From: Rhodosorus marinus CCMP1338
Lineage: Eukaryota; Plantae; Rhodophyta
Length of the DNA: 64,000 nucleotides
Assembly (NCBI GenBank): GCA_029953675.1
Contig: JAMWBK010000007.1
Location: forward strand, 682,001 to 746,000
Reading direction: 5' to 3'
How positions within the stretch are numbered: the first letter of the stretch is position 1; each line of letters starts with the position of its first letter. The notes under the pieces were generated by a model. That model searched no databases. It was not told the DNA's origin and saw nothing but the letters and a program-made list of their open reading frames with translations. This document shows positions 11,438 through 22,390 of the stretch, one piece after another. Made by a program: the position numbers and the translations under genes.

Positions 11438-12137
11438 TTAGTAATACTCGCCAGTGGACTTGCCCTTGGCGTCCAAGAGCCCGAACCAATACTCTGATTC
11501 AAACCTCTCCCTCGTGTTCACGTCAATGAGCACCTCGTAGCTGCCGTTCTCGATGCGGCCTGGGTATGTCGGAATTCCAGACGGTTCTGGGAACAAGAAT
11601 CTCAGGATGTTGGACACGAGCGGCGGGGATGGGATCCACGGTCCAACTACGTTTCCGTCGAGAAGGGAGTACCTTGTTCCGTACTGGGGGCACTGAATGC
11701 ACGGAATCTCCCCAACCTCACCCTAAACCCAGAATTCCTATTTAGTCAACCCACATCCAGAAAATCGCGGTAGGTAATGGCAAACTTACCTCAACATTAA
11801 CCAGTTTGCCGCTATCGAGTGGGACACTTGTTGGGGTGCCTTTGTTACCTGTGCAGTACAGATCACCATCAGGGGTACATACAACGACCAAATCAAGCCC
11901 CTCAACGAGTCTTGGGTAGGTGTTATCTGGCTGAAACTCAGCAACTGCTCCCATGTTGACCCATGCAAACTCGCTCGCGATTTGAGGAGCCTCAGCTTTC
12001 ATCGATACGGTTGATACCGAAGCAGCATGGACAGCCTTCGGTACCCCGAAACTGCCCGATGTGAAGCTGGTTCGCTTCTGCACCGCCGCAGATGCGCTCG
12101 GTCTCAAGAGTACGCTTCCGCCCGCTATGAAAGCCAT
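11438..12137 (-). CDS. Plastid-targeted Rieske-fold protein lacking canonical 2Fe-2S ligands (PSB33-like), 2 exons (12137-11790, 11722-11438)
   Basis: MAFIAGG transit peptide; 67-nt GTAAGT..TTTAG intron; Rieske scaffold LVVVCTPDGDLYCTGNKGTP...CIQCPQYGTRYSLLDGNVVGPWIP; ends YWFGLLDAKGKSTGEYY*. Confidence 0.75.
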
Positions 12138-14293
12138 TGCGTCCACTGCCGAGTTCTGAACAGCTTGTTTACCTTCTGACAATATATTCCCTACCAATAC
12201 ACGCGCTCTCCACTCCGAAAACACCCGGTTATGATACACAACGTCCTCGTCGCGCCGGCAACCTTATGAAGAGAAATACTAGATATCTCAACACCAATGA
12301 ATGGCACCCAAACGCCCGTTCGGATGGATACCCACTTGCCCAGAGCCATGGAGCGGAGGATGCAGTGTTTCTGTTGAGATCAACTAAACTATGATCTACG
12401 TTCAAATAATGAACGAGATTTAAGAACAAGCGGAAGAAATCTCTGCTTCAACTCGAGGTGCCGATTGTACCGCATCTCGCGGTTTTTTAACTGGCCTCTG
12501 TTCTGAAGTCTCCAGGGGTTGAGCGAGCGGGAAAACAAAAATACCATGGAAAGGCTCATTGCTGCCATATGCTGCTTGGAAAACGGGTTTTAGCCGAAAG
12601 AAGAGGGGGAAGCTCTGGCTTCGACAATAGCGGACCCAGGAGAGCCCGATGGGAAGGGGAGCTTCGAGAAGACTAGGTTGAGATCTAGGATGTACACATA
12701 ACGATGTTCTGTCCATTGCTGGCTTTCTGAATGCTTCAGATGTGGAAGGTTGTAGGGAGAGTATTTGAGCAGATTGTGAACGCTCCCATTTCTAGCGATC
12801 TTGGGCAACGGCGACTCCAAGCATTGTTGTCAGCTTCCTCACGAAAATTCACACTGGAAGCAGGTCAATAGCCATCCGCGCGATGATGGTATCGAATAAG
12901 TCTGGCTTCCGCCGGAAAACACATCGATTCCTCTCCCAAAACAATTTCTGCAAACCCCTGAACCAATGAGAGAGAGGAGAATGAAAAGCTTCCCAAAGCC
13001 CGTTCCCAGGTCTAATAAAGACTAGTCTTAGTCTCGTCTATAATGGTCTAAAATAATTCGCCTCCTAACGATACTCAACAATTTCGAGTATTTTCAGAAC
13101 CGCTTGGATATTTTTTGCTTCACAATCCATTTTTTGTGACAGTGCTCTGCCGGACTCTTCCAAAACAATGCAAATTCATTGGAAACTCCACCGGATCTTG
13201 AAAGCAGACCAGGCGACAGGCATTTGACACTTCATGGATGCCGTCCATAAAATGATAAGTCAATATTAAACCATCTAGCCAATAAAAGTCATCAGCGGTC
13301 AACAATAATGACTGAACTGAACGTTCTTGCGGATGACCGTGGAAGATCCGCTGGACCCCTCTTTATTAAAAAAAAAGAGGCGAGGATCAATTCACCCCTG
13401 GCAAAAAAGGAGCTTATTTTTCGTTCACTTACTAACCAAAAGAAATAAAATATTCCGCAGAAGCGCAGATACGGAGAACTTCTCATCAATCATCAGAGGG
13501 GTAGTCCACTCTGTTTCAATCTACAAAACAATGTACGTGACGGACACAAATATTTCTTAAAAGAGCGGGTTGGAATGAAAAAGATTGAACTATCTAATTA
13601 TATCTACTTTCAATAGCCTAGTTTTAGTACCTGACTTTTGAGGTTTCCCGCAAGGTGGGAGATCGGATTGATAGAAGATAGTGGGCAGGTGCTACCTGTT
13701 GCATGCAAAACGGAGTGAAAATGGTTTCGAGGATACACAAAGCGAAAAGCTTGGGGAATAGGACTCTATACTATTTTTTCATATTTTTTGAACTAGGGTT
13801 TTTACTATTTTCATTTTTTGGGGGCGGGGCGGGGGGAGGGAAGAGGAGGCTATGGGAGGGGTTGGGAAGGTTCCGCACGAAAGGCGTTGGAGATTGATGA
13901 AGATGGGCGTGCCAGAGTTTGGAGAGATGGCGGAAACTGTTCTGGGGAGGTTCCGCAAAAGATGCGAATCCTAGAATAGCTAGGGTTGGGGCGCGGGAGT
14001 TGCCGTATCGCCCGGTGGGACAATTAGTCGTAAGTGTCAGAATCTATCAGATCCTGGAATGTGAAACTTTTTGCTCGCCGTTTTGGGTGTTGTCTACATG
14101 TTCACTTCGTTCGACTCCGAAGCTTGCCGATTTACTCAGGTGGTAATGGGAGAGGTTGAGGTACCAGTTCAAAAGGGTTTCAAGAAGTAGTATACATTGC
14201 CGGGCCGTTCGCAGTGGAGCAGTCTGGGACTTAAAGATCGGGGAATTCTGTGAGTGTAGCAATTGAGAAGCGCTTCAATTCGACGAACCAAAC

Positions 14294-15151
14294 ATGGACG
14301 GGGCCTTTGTTATAAGCGGTCTTTTTGGTAGCTCAGTTGGTGGGACGTCCGTGGGAAGTTGGACGACATGTCCGGCAAGATCGCAGGTGAAGTCTGTGTC
14401 TCATCGTACGCGAGTACAAATCCATGCGTCCGGTGAGGATCTACCGCAGGAAAACACGGGCCTTGTCGGTCATGAGCTTCACGTTGAGCGTCTGCAGATG
14501 CTGATTATCAAGCGTATGAGTCAGGTTAGATGAGGGACAGGCATTCTGAAACACTTTCGTAACCATGAGGTGCTGACGAGCTAGCTTTCCTCTTGACGTC
14601 AATAGGCATACCAAGAAGTTGAGACGGCAAAAATGTCAGATACAGTCTACGGGTGTACGAGGGAGATCGTCTGTGCGATCATCGCTCTGTACAAGATGAA
14701 CATTGACCTACATGAGCTCCAGATGATGATGTTAAATGCTGAGAGAATGCAGCTTGGATGCATAGCCCCATTCGGTCGAATGCGGCTGATTCCTCAGCAG
14801 CTAAGGCTGGAAAGTCCCCTGACGTGGGTTGAGCGGAAGGCACTCCAACTATGGTGCAGAATTATATACTATGCTTTGGGTCATACCCACGACGCGAGCG
14901 GTGACGCTGAGCAAAAGACTCAGCGCAGCTGTCAAACTAGACTGCCGTATGAGATTCTCAAGGTTGTTGACTACTCGCTACTGTGCTACGGGACTAGACC
15001 TTCAATGCAAGTGCTGATGCTCAACCTCCAGCACCGCCAGTCCAACAGGTCGAAAATGAAGGGAGCAAGAGCTAATAGACTGTCCCTTGGAAGTCAATTC
15101 AAGATAGGCATTATCGCAGCTCTGACTATGTCAATAAGCAGGATTTCCTGA
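14294..15151 (+). CDS. Putative plastid-targeted protein of unknown function, 2 exons (14294-14524, 14606-15151)
   Basis: MDGAFV plus a Ser-rich transit-like leader; a phase-0 GT..AG intron joins two ORFs in frame; helical mature region. Confidence 0.5.
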
Positions 15152-16149
15152 GGGTCTTCTGAAAGGATAGCTGTTGAAGTTTATCGCGTTTGAGACCTCT
15201 ATAGAGGCCAAAGATTTCCAAATTGGAGCGATTCGCGGCTCCAGGTTGGGCTACTGTGCAAAGGAAACGGAAGAAGTAGTCCTTGGCGAACCACGGCGCT
15301 GGAGAATCTGAAATGACTTTGTAGGCCGATCGTCAACAAAGCTCTGCCGATAGTGATGGGTGGGCATAATGACGGTGAAGCGTGTGCACAAGCTTCCTGA
15401 ATACTATTATCTATGGGACCTGGGAGGGCATATGAGCAAGAAAACTGGGGTGGGTGTACTGACTGCTGATAAAGGATTTGTATAGTTGTATAAGAGTTTA
15501 AGAATTGTCCCACTATGAAGGCTTCCGCTCCGAGCCAGGGCTAAGAACTGCTCCTCACCCTGTATCCTGCCACCCGTTCAATGCGTTGAATATTTCTCTT
15601 TTGTTTAGTTGGAACCAAGGTTGTCACGGACTCTCACCATGAAAGCTGTCCCCTCAGATATCAATCTGTCCGACAATTGTTCGTCATCCCCGTGCGACGT
15701 GCGAAAGCAGATTTCCTCCTCTTCTGCGTTGCGGACCCAAACGTCCTCGGTGAGGTAGCTTCTACCCCACCAAGTCCCCCGCAGCATATCCGAATTCCCA
15801 GTCTTCACTTAACTCCACCCCATATCATTCAGATTTCCAGAGTGAACGCACGTAGTATCAGAGTAGTAACTACTAGCACAAGCAAGACTCAGTACTAAGC
15901 ACTAAAACACTGGAAGTGGAAGACTTAAGGGGTGTATGAAACTCACGCGATTGGCTAACCATTGGCAAGATATTTTGCATAATTGAATATTGTAGTTTTA
16001 CTGATTCGAGAGCAACTTGAACCAGAATCTGGCACAAAACAGAGATCAGTCATTTTCGTAATAAAGACTGAACCTAGCGTTTGTGTTTGCATGTTTTATT
16101 CGGAGACTCAGAAAAACGACCACTGAAGCGGTAGAATCACAAGAATCCA

Positions 16150-16890
16150 ACCTCAAAACAGGAGCCATGCGCCACAACACGAAACTCAAACGGATAAACG
16201 GCGAGGAAAGCCGTTCTGAGTGCTCACAGAACACTTGGTGGAGCAAACGGGAACCAATTGAGTTCAGCCTTTCGTTGTGGCGGTGGTTTACAACATACCC
16301 TCAAGCGCTACGCAGGAGGAAAGTGAATTAGGTACTAGGGCCAAAAGCGTGCAAGCCCATGTGGCGGTGGTGCGTCTCAACGAGCATGCTGCTAGAATAT
16401 CGCCAAAGAGCGACCCTTAATCGGCGTGTGAATACAAGAAACTCACGGGGATGGTCAGTAAAACATTTCTTTAGCCACTCCAAGCTAGCACTTTTCAAGA
16501 TGACCAAAGTTTTCCACAACGAAAGGCTGGAAACACTGAGAAAGGCCCTCTGAACGGGGGAGACTGGCCATGCTCTCGGTATATCATCGTTCTTTCAGAG
16601 GGTGAACCGCAGAAGCCGCTTCACCATGGCGTCGGGCAATAGAGTGGAGATATCTTCTTGACAAACAAGGGCAAATTTCCGCGAGGCCCGACCGTCTGGC
16701 GGCTGCGTTCGATACCCGGAGATGTAACGACGGGGCGTCGTGGCATAGGCTGATCGGGGCAGTTCCTGTGTGTGGGGCCAACCATAGTCAAAGCGTTCGC
16801 TCAGGATGTAATTCCGCCGCGTGTGACGTTTCGTTCGCTGTGGAAAGCTTTTTTCACCTGGAATATTCAAGCTTAAGAGTGGCTTCACAA
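16150..16890 (-). pseudogene. Decayed copy A of an unidentified local gene family (paralog of 21150-21970)
   Basis: Shared nucleotide blocks with 21420-21850 (AAGCGCTACGCA, GCATGCT.CT.GAATATCGCCA, TCAGTAAAACATTT, GTCAAA.CGTTCGCT); shared peptide EWL.KCFT.HP; stops and frameshifts. Confidence 0.55.
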
Positions 16891-16992
16891 ATGTTTCACT
16901 TAACTATCTGGGCAGTATCTTGTCCTCCTACGCCAGTTCAGTGCAACCCTCCCCCGCGTGCTTAGTAAAGCAGGTACTTCTTTCTTGACGTT

Positions 16993-17265
16993 TCATAGTG
17001 GCAGCGGCAGCTCCACGCGCCCCGGCCCCAAAGTGATGGTTTTAGTAGCATAGCCTGATGCGCTACGCAAGACGTAAAGGAAACTAGGGACTAGGGAGAA
17101 GAGCATAGAGTTGATTGTAATAGAAAGGAGATAGACTATACGGAGGTACCTCATGCCCTTGAGGAGATTGTTCAGGAGCTTTTGGAATTGAAGAGGAGGT
17201 AAAAAATGTGGTGAGGCGAGGGTAAATGTGGTGAGGCGAGAGTTATGCTGAAAAGGGAGGAGCAA
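16993..17265 (-). pseudogene. Fragmentary copy C of the same family
   Basis: AGCATAGCCTGATGCGCTACGCA near 17047 matches AGCATAGCCTGAAGCGCTACGCA near 21414; shared peptide RSASGYA. Confidence 0.4.
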
Positions 17266-19115
17266 GCTCCCTTTGTTTCTCCCTCAGTTTCCTTTGGGCG
17301 TCGAGAAGATCCTGGACCTACGTCCGCGTTTTTAACGTAAAACTTCGTTCGGGATCGCGTGTTCGTTCATCAACAGTAAAGTGCTCGTACTTAATATTGG
17401 ATGGCAACGTTCTTGCTGACGGTGATAGCTGGAAACTTAAGAATAGAGTTCATGGGAGCATAGAGTAGGAAGCACCTTTGAATCCCTCATCCACCTCCAT
17501 AGAGCATATTCCTTTTGCAAGTTAGGTGTCTATTTGTTCAGCATGTCTATCTAAAGCTATGATTTTGTGCCTCCGTGAATTTATTTGAGGCACGCAATGA
17601 TTGTTCCGATTAAGGAGGTTGTCGGTTCCCGGGAATTCAACTCGGGCTGAGCGTTGAATGGTTCCACAGTATCCTTTGCAACCAAATCGATAACGATGTC
17701 TCAATCGGTCGTGGCAAAACTGAGCTTCGACCACTTGCTTCAATAATCTATCTCACCAGCTGTATCGGAGAGACTTGAGTATTCCCCAGACTCCAAAGGT
17801 TCGACAACTTCCAGTATTTCACCCCCAAATAGCTACGTAATGCAGTGCTGCCAAGGATAGAGCGACTGAAGCTGGAACAGAGAAGGCTAGAGCGAAGTGG
17901 AAAGGGGGAGCGCTGCCCTGCAGAGTGAAAATGAAAAGACATATTAGATTTAAATTCCGAGCGACCTAGGCCAGGGTATCTAAGAGCCGGCCTCAGCAAA
18001 CACATCCCCAAAGTTGCCAGCCGAAGGCGGAGCGGGAAGCGGTTCCGACGCAGCCTTATTTGCTGCTTAGATTTCTAAAAACCAGATTAGGCGGTCTTTC
18101 GGATGTGACAAATTTCTAACCAGATAGTTGAGCCCGCTTACTCATCGGGGGACCGGGAGGGGGCTGCGGAGGGCGGAGGCCGGAAGCGAGAAGGGTAGCA
18201 CCTATATTCGTATTCGCTCACCACGTTTTACAGTGTCCACCCAAGAAAACTGAATACCACTGAACATTGGAACTGATAAGCTAAATCTTTAGTTCTTACC
18301 ACTATTTTCGAGAAGTCATGCGGGCTGCGACAATCCAAATTAATTTCATGTTTTCCAAAGCTTTTCAAGAGACGCTGGATTAGGAACCTAAAAATAGAAA
18401 CAAACGCCAACCCGCGTTTAGCCGATAGGGTTCTTCTTATGCTGACGATCCTCAGTTGCGATTTCAAAATGTATAGATTTTAAAATCGCTTTGAAGGGTA
18501 GCAAGTCATTGACGAGTCGTTGACTTCCGCGGACGCTACAACTTAGGCAATCGTGGTAAAACCTAAATATATCATCCATCAATGGTAAACCCGGGGTTAT
18601 GTTGGACATGCTCTGGTTTGTGTTTCAGAGGTTTTACGAGGTCGTTTCTCGATGTTCTCCGGCAATATCTACGTACCTTGTGTGTTTCCAATACAAGAGG
18701 AGGATGGTCGCCGGACAGACTGAGTTTAGGCAGATCTTTCCTTGATTCGGCGCCAGCGATCAACGCTCTACAGGTTTCTAGATCTCTTCGGGGCGTTCTT
18801 AACTTTCACACGCGGGTTCTATTTATGAAGTAGTGGCTCTTGCACTTGCCACCAAGAGGACGAAGTTGGTGCTTGTTGTCGACTATTCTTGGAAGCATCA
18901 ACAGCATCAACAGCATCAGCGGGTGAGAGCGGTGTTGGCTACTTAAGGGCGGTGTGCACACGGGAAAAGTTTGAGCCGAGAAAGAAGCCTACCAAGCAAA
19001 GTGAAGAGAAGACAAACAGATATCTTGATATACCAGACATCTAGGAACCGTTTGATATAATTTTTTTGTTTCGCAGTGAGAAGAAAGCAAAAGGAGAGTT
19101 TGGATTTCAGTGAAG

Positions 19116-19629
19116 ATGAATACCCAGAGGATCCTTTTCGTTGTGATGGTTGTGCTGGTGTTTTTACAGTTCGCTACCTGTGCTCCCGTGTTGAGGGAGA
19201 CGACGAACGCGAACGATGGGTCGGGGACGCAAACCTCTGGGGCAAACGCTTCCTCGGTAAGACCAATCGATTAGACGACAGGAACTGCAGTTCTTTGGAA
19301 GTTTCTCTTCCCCTTGTGCTAATGCAAATTCTCGTGGTCATGTCTACATAATACAGGGAGTTTGCCCAGAGGTCTACGGCGAATGCAAGTCTGTAAACCA
19401 GTGCGCTGTGTACAAAACGAATTCAAGAGAGTTGACTTGCTACGCGACCGGGGTCAAATGTGAAACTAGCTACCCACCCCACAAAGGCGTAAGTTCGTCT
19501 ACGTGTGCCTTATCAATTCGTAAAACAACAGTTGTACACCTCTGTTCCTAACTTAGTACTTTCATCCACAACCAGTATCTTCAGAAGGATGGATGCAACA
19601 TGTGTGTCTGTGGACCCAGTTCGAAGTGA
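19116..19629 (+). CDS. Small secreted cysteine-rich protein, 108 aa, 3 exons (19116-19256, 19357-19488, 19576-19629)
   Basis: Signal peptide MNTQRILFVVMVVLVFLQFATCA; two phase-0 introns (GTAAGA..ACAG, GTAAGT..CCAG) with CTAAY branch sites; 8 Cys in the mature part, ending DGCNMCVCGPSSK*. Confidence 0.75.
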
Positions 19630-21149
19630 TGGAGCCTACTTCGGCGCACGCCAGAACAGTCTAGAATCTCAGCTAATCGCTAATGCTTCACTACTGTAGT
19701 TACTACTGACTGCTGTCAGTAGTAACTTTTTCCCCTCCGGGCGTTTGTTCAGTCTCCGAATAAACACACATTCCTTCAACACTTTGCTCGGTCAGTTGCG
19801 CATCAAACCAAGCTTTTAATTGTAAAACGGATTTCAAAGGAATAAGTGTCTCACTGGGAAAACTTTTGAAAATACAAGAAGCATCGAAAACATCCCCCAG
19901 TCACCTAGAGTCTACAGCATTACGGGTACTTTCACAGAGAAACGACAAACTCAATGCATATGATGGGTTAGGCGCTTGGGGAAGCACTCAGTATTCCTTT
20001 ATACTGATGGCACAAGCTTGCAGTGATTTGTCTTGAACTATTCTATGGACTCTTTGAAGTGGTTTAGAGGGTTCTTAGCAACATTAGTGGACTCAGGTTT
20101 ACGTCGGGCAGAGCCATTGCGGTGCGCACCAGTCCTTGCTCAACGTGTACGGAGAATTGTCCTCTTCAAGAGCAAGCTAGAGCGCGTATGATCAGCTGCG
20201 TTCAAGTAGTGCTTTTATTTCTGCTCACAATCGTGGTTAATCACACAATCGAACGACGAAGTTGGCTTCCACCATGAACTGAAGTTTGTTGAACCCAAAC
20301 GGATCAGTTGCTGACCCCAGATACGTGTTCAGGAAAAGCCAAAACTAGACATTCGACCGTTATCCAGTCACCCCTATCATTATCGAACAGAAAATCCTGT
20401 CCTGATCCATCAGTCAGGGCAAAGCTGGTCCCACTTGACTCCAATTATCGTGATCAATAGCAGGACCGCTTTAAAAGCCGGTCTCATGTTGAAATTCTGA
20501 ACTGAGGACCCATCGCTCCTTGCACAGACTCCGAATATGTGACGAGTCCAGTATATAGACCCTGCTTCAATGCCGCGCCACGACGAGTTCGACATGCGAA
20601 AGCAAAACCAGCACAGAAGCAAACTATTGCTCTTGGCTCACCAGGATAGTAGTGAAATCCACGAACAATCATGCTAAAAGGATTTCGACTGCTAGACAAA
20701 CCCTTTCATTCTCTCTTTGTCTTAGAAATAGTTAGCGCCACAGTTTGTGGTTGCCACTAGAGTGACAACACCCTCCCCTCCCCCGTAACCCTATCGACGC
20801 CAAACCTTCAACGACCACTGCTCAACTTACTCGACGATCATCTCCCTGTCAGCATTTTTGGCTTTGTTACACACCTCTACATAATGGAAAAACACCAAAA
20901 TGTAGAATATTGTATCATATTATAGGCACTATCAATTTTCGGAAACTCTGTAATTCTCTTGAATTCCTTTGTAGAGCTAAAATATTCCTTTGATTTAGAA
21001 AATAAGTAGAATATTAAACTATATGAAGATACTTGTCATTGATTATGGTATCATTGTTGATTAATACAGCATCGGCTTGAGGGCACCTTGAGGGCAACTA
21101 GCTTGGATCAGGCACCTAGAGGTCTTGTGGGGCGTGGTTGGCAGCAAGT

Positions 21150-21970
21150 CAGGAAACGTCTTCTTCATCTCGCCGGAGGTTAAATGCCTCTGTATTGTTT
21201 AAGCATCTGGCAAGAAGCCCTGTACTGTCTTGCGGGTGGTTCTGAAGAACATGAACCCAGTTTCGGGCTAATCGGAAAGCGATTTCATGAGGTTGCTGAC
21301 TTGGCTGTGAGTTCCCATCGATAGCAATGGATGTGGTAAACCCCGAGTGTATGGACCTATGAATCTTCAAAACATTGCTACGCTAAATGAGCAGTTTTTG
21401 AACTGGCTTTATTAGCATAGCCTGAAGCGCTACGCACGGCGTGAAAAGGAATTAAGAATTAGGTAGGGAAGCGTGCAAACCCAGGCGCCTATGGGGCGCC
21501 TCGGCAAGCATGCTACTCGAATATCGCCACATAGAGACACTTAAACGCCGCAAAAGTTCCAAGTATTCACAGGATGCTCAGTAAAACATTTCCGCAACCA
21601 CTCCAAACCCGGCTTCTCCACGTGACCAAAGAGCTCAGCATACCGTCGTTCCTTCACTGGGCGAAGGGCCGAAGCCGCTGCTCCCCGGCGGCGGGAGGCA
21701 GCCGTGAGATGGGCGCTTGCCACAGGGCGATACAGCGGGGCGGTGCCCTATCCGAGACCGATCTGGGTAGTTCCGATTCCACCTCAACCGTATGCCCTAC
21801 CCGAGTCAAACGTTCGCTGAGAATATACTTGAAGCGAGTGTGACGCCTCGTACGAAGACCTCTCAACAGTGCGCATGAACCTAAGAAGTGGTAACCACAA
21901 GCTTCGCTCCGACTCTCACATCCCTGACGGAAAGACGGCCGATTAGAGTGCCACGGAGCTTGTGGCAAAC
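21150..21970 (-). pseudogene. Decayed copy B of the unidentified family
   Basis: Aligns by eye with 16300-16830; peptides LEWLRKCFTEHP and RSASGYA; multiple disruptions. Confidence 0.55.
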
Positions 21971-22390
21971 CCGGATAGAACCCGGATAGATCCGTGCAGC
22001 AGAGCGGAACTGAAAGGCATCGAGACGGTGACCCAGTGACGAAGGCAGCGTGGTTAACCCGAAGTGCGACAGGTTGCCTCCCATGCCGCGGAGGCGAGCG
22101 GCGGTGGTAGGCGCTGTGAGGGGAGAGTTGAGCAAGATTGCGTAACTAGCATCAAGGAAACCCTCAGCTGTCCATGGCTCGGTTCTTGTGCAGTCTTCTC
22201 TACGCTTTCATGAGATAAGTATGGGCACGTCTGGCTCGTGCGAGTCCCCTAGACTCTTGAAATGTTGCTTGATGTGTTAGATGCTCTGTTTTATTCCAGT
22301 GCGTGAATCCTGTTCCAAGAACATGGATTGAAAGATGCCTTTGAATAAATTAGACGCTCGAACCATGTCTAGGGAGCGATCATGACAAAT

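Noticed and set aside
12420-12900. LLKYSPYNLPHL resembling the Tc1 transposase YSPDLNPIE motif
   Set aside because: Similarity too weak; no other DDE motifs or terminal inverted repeats.
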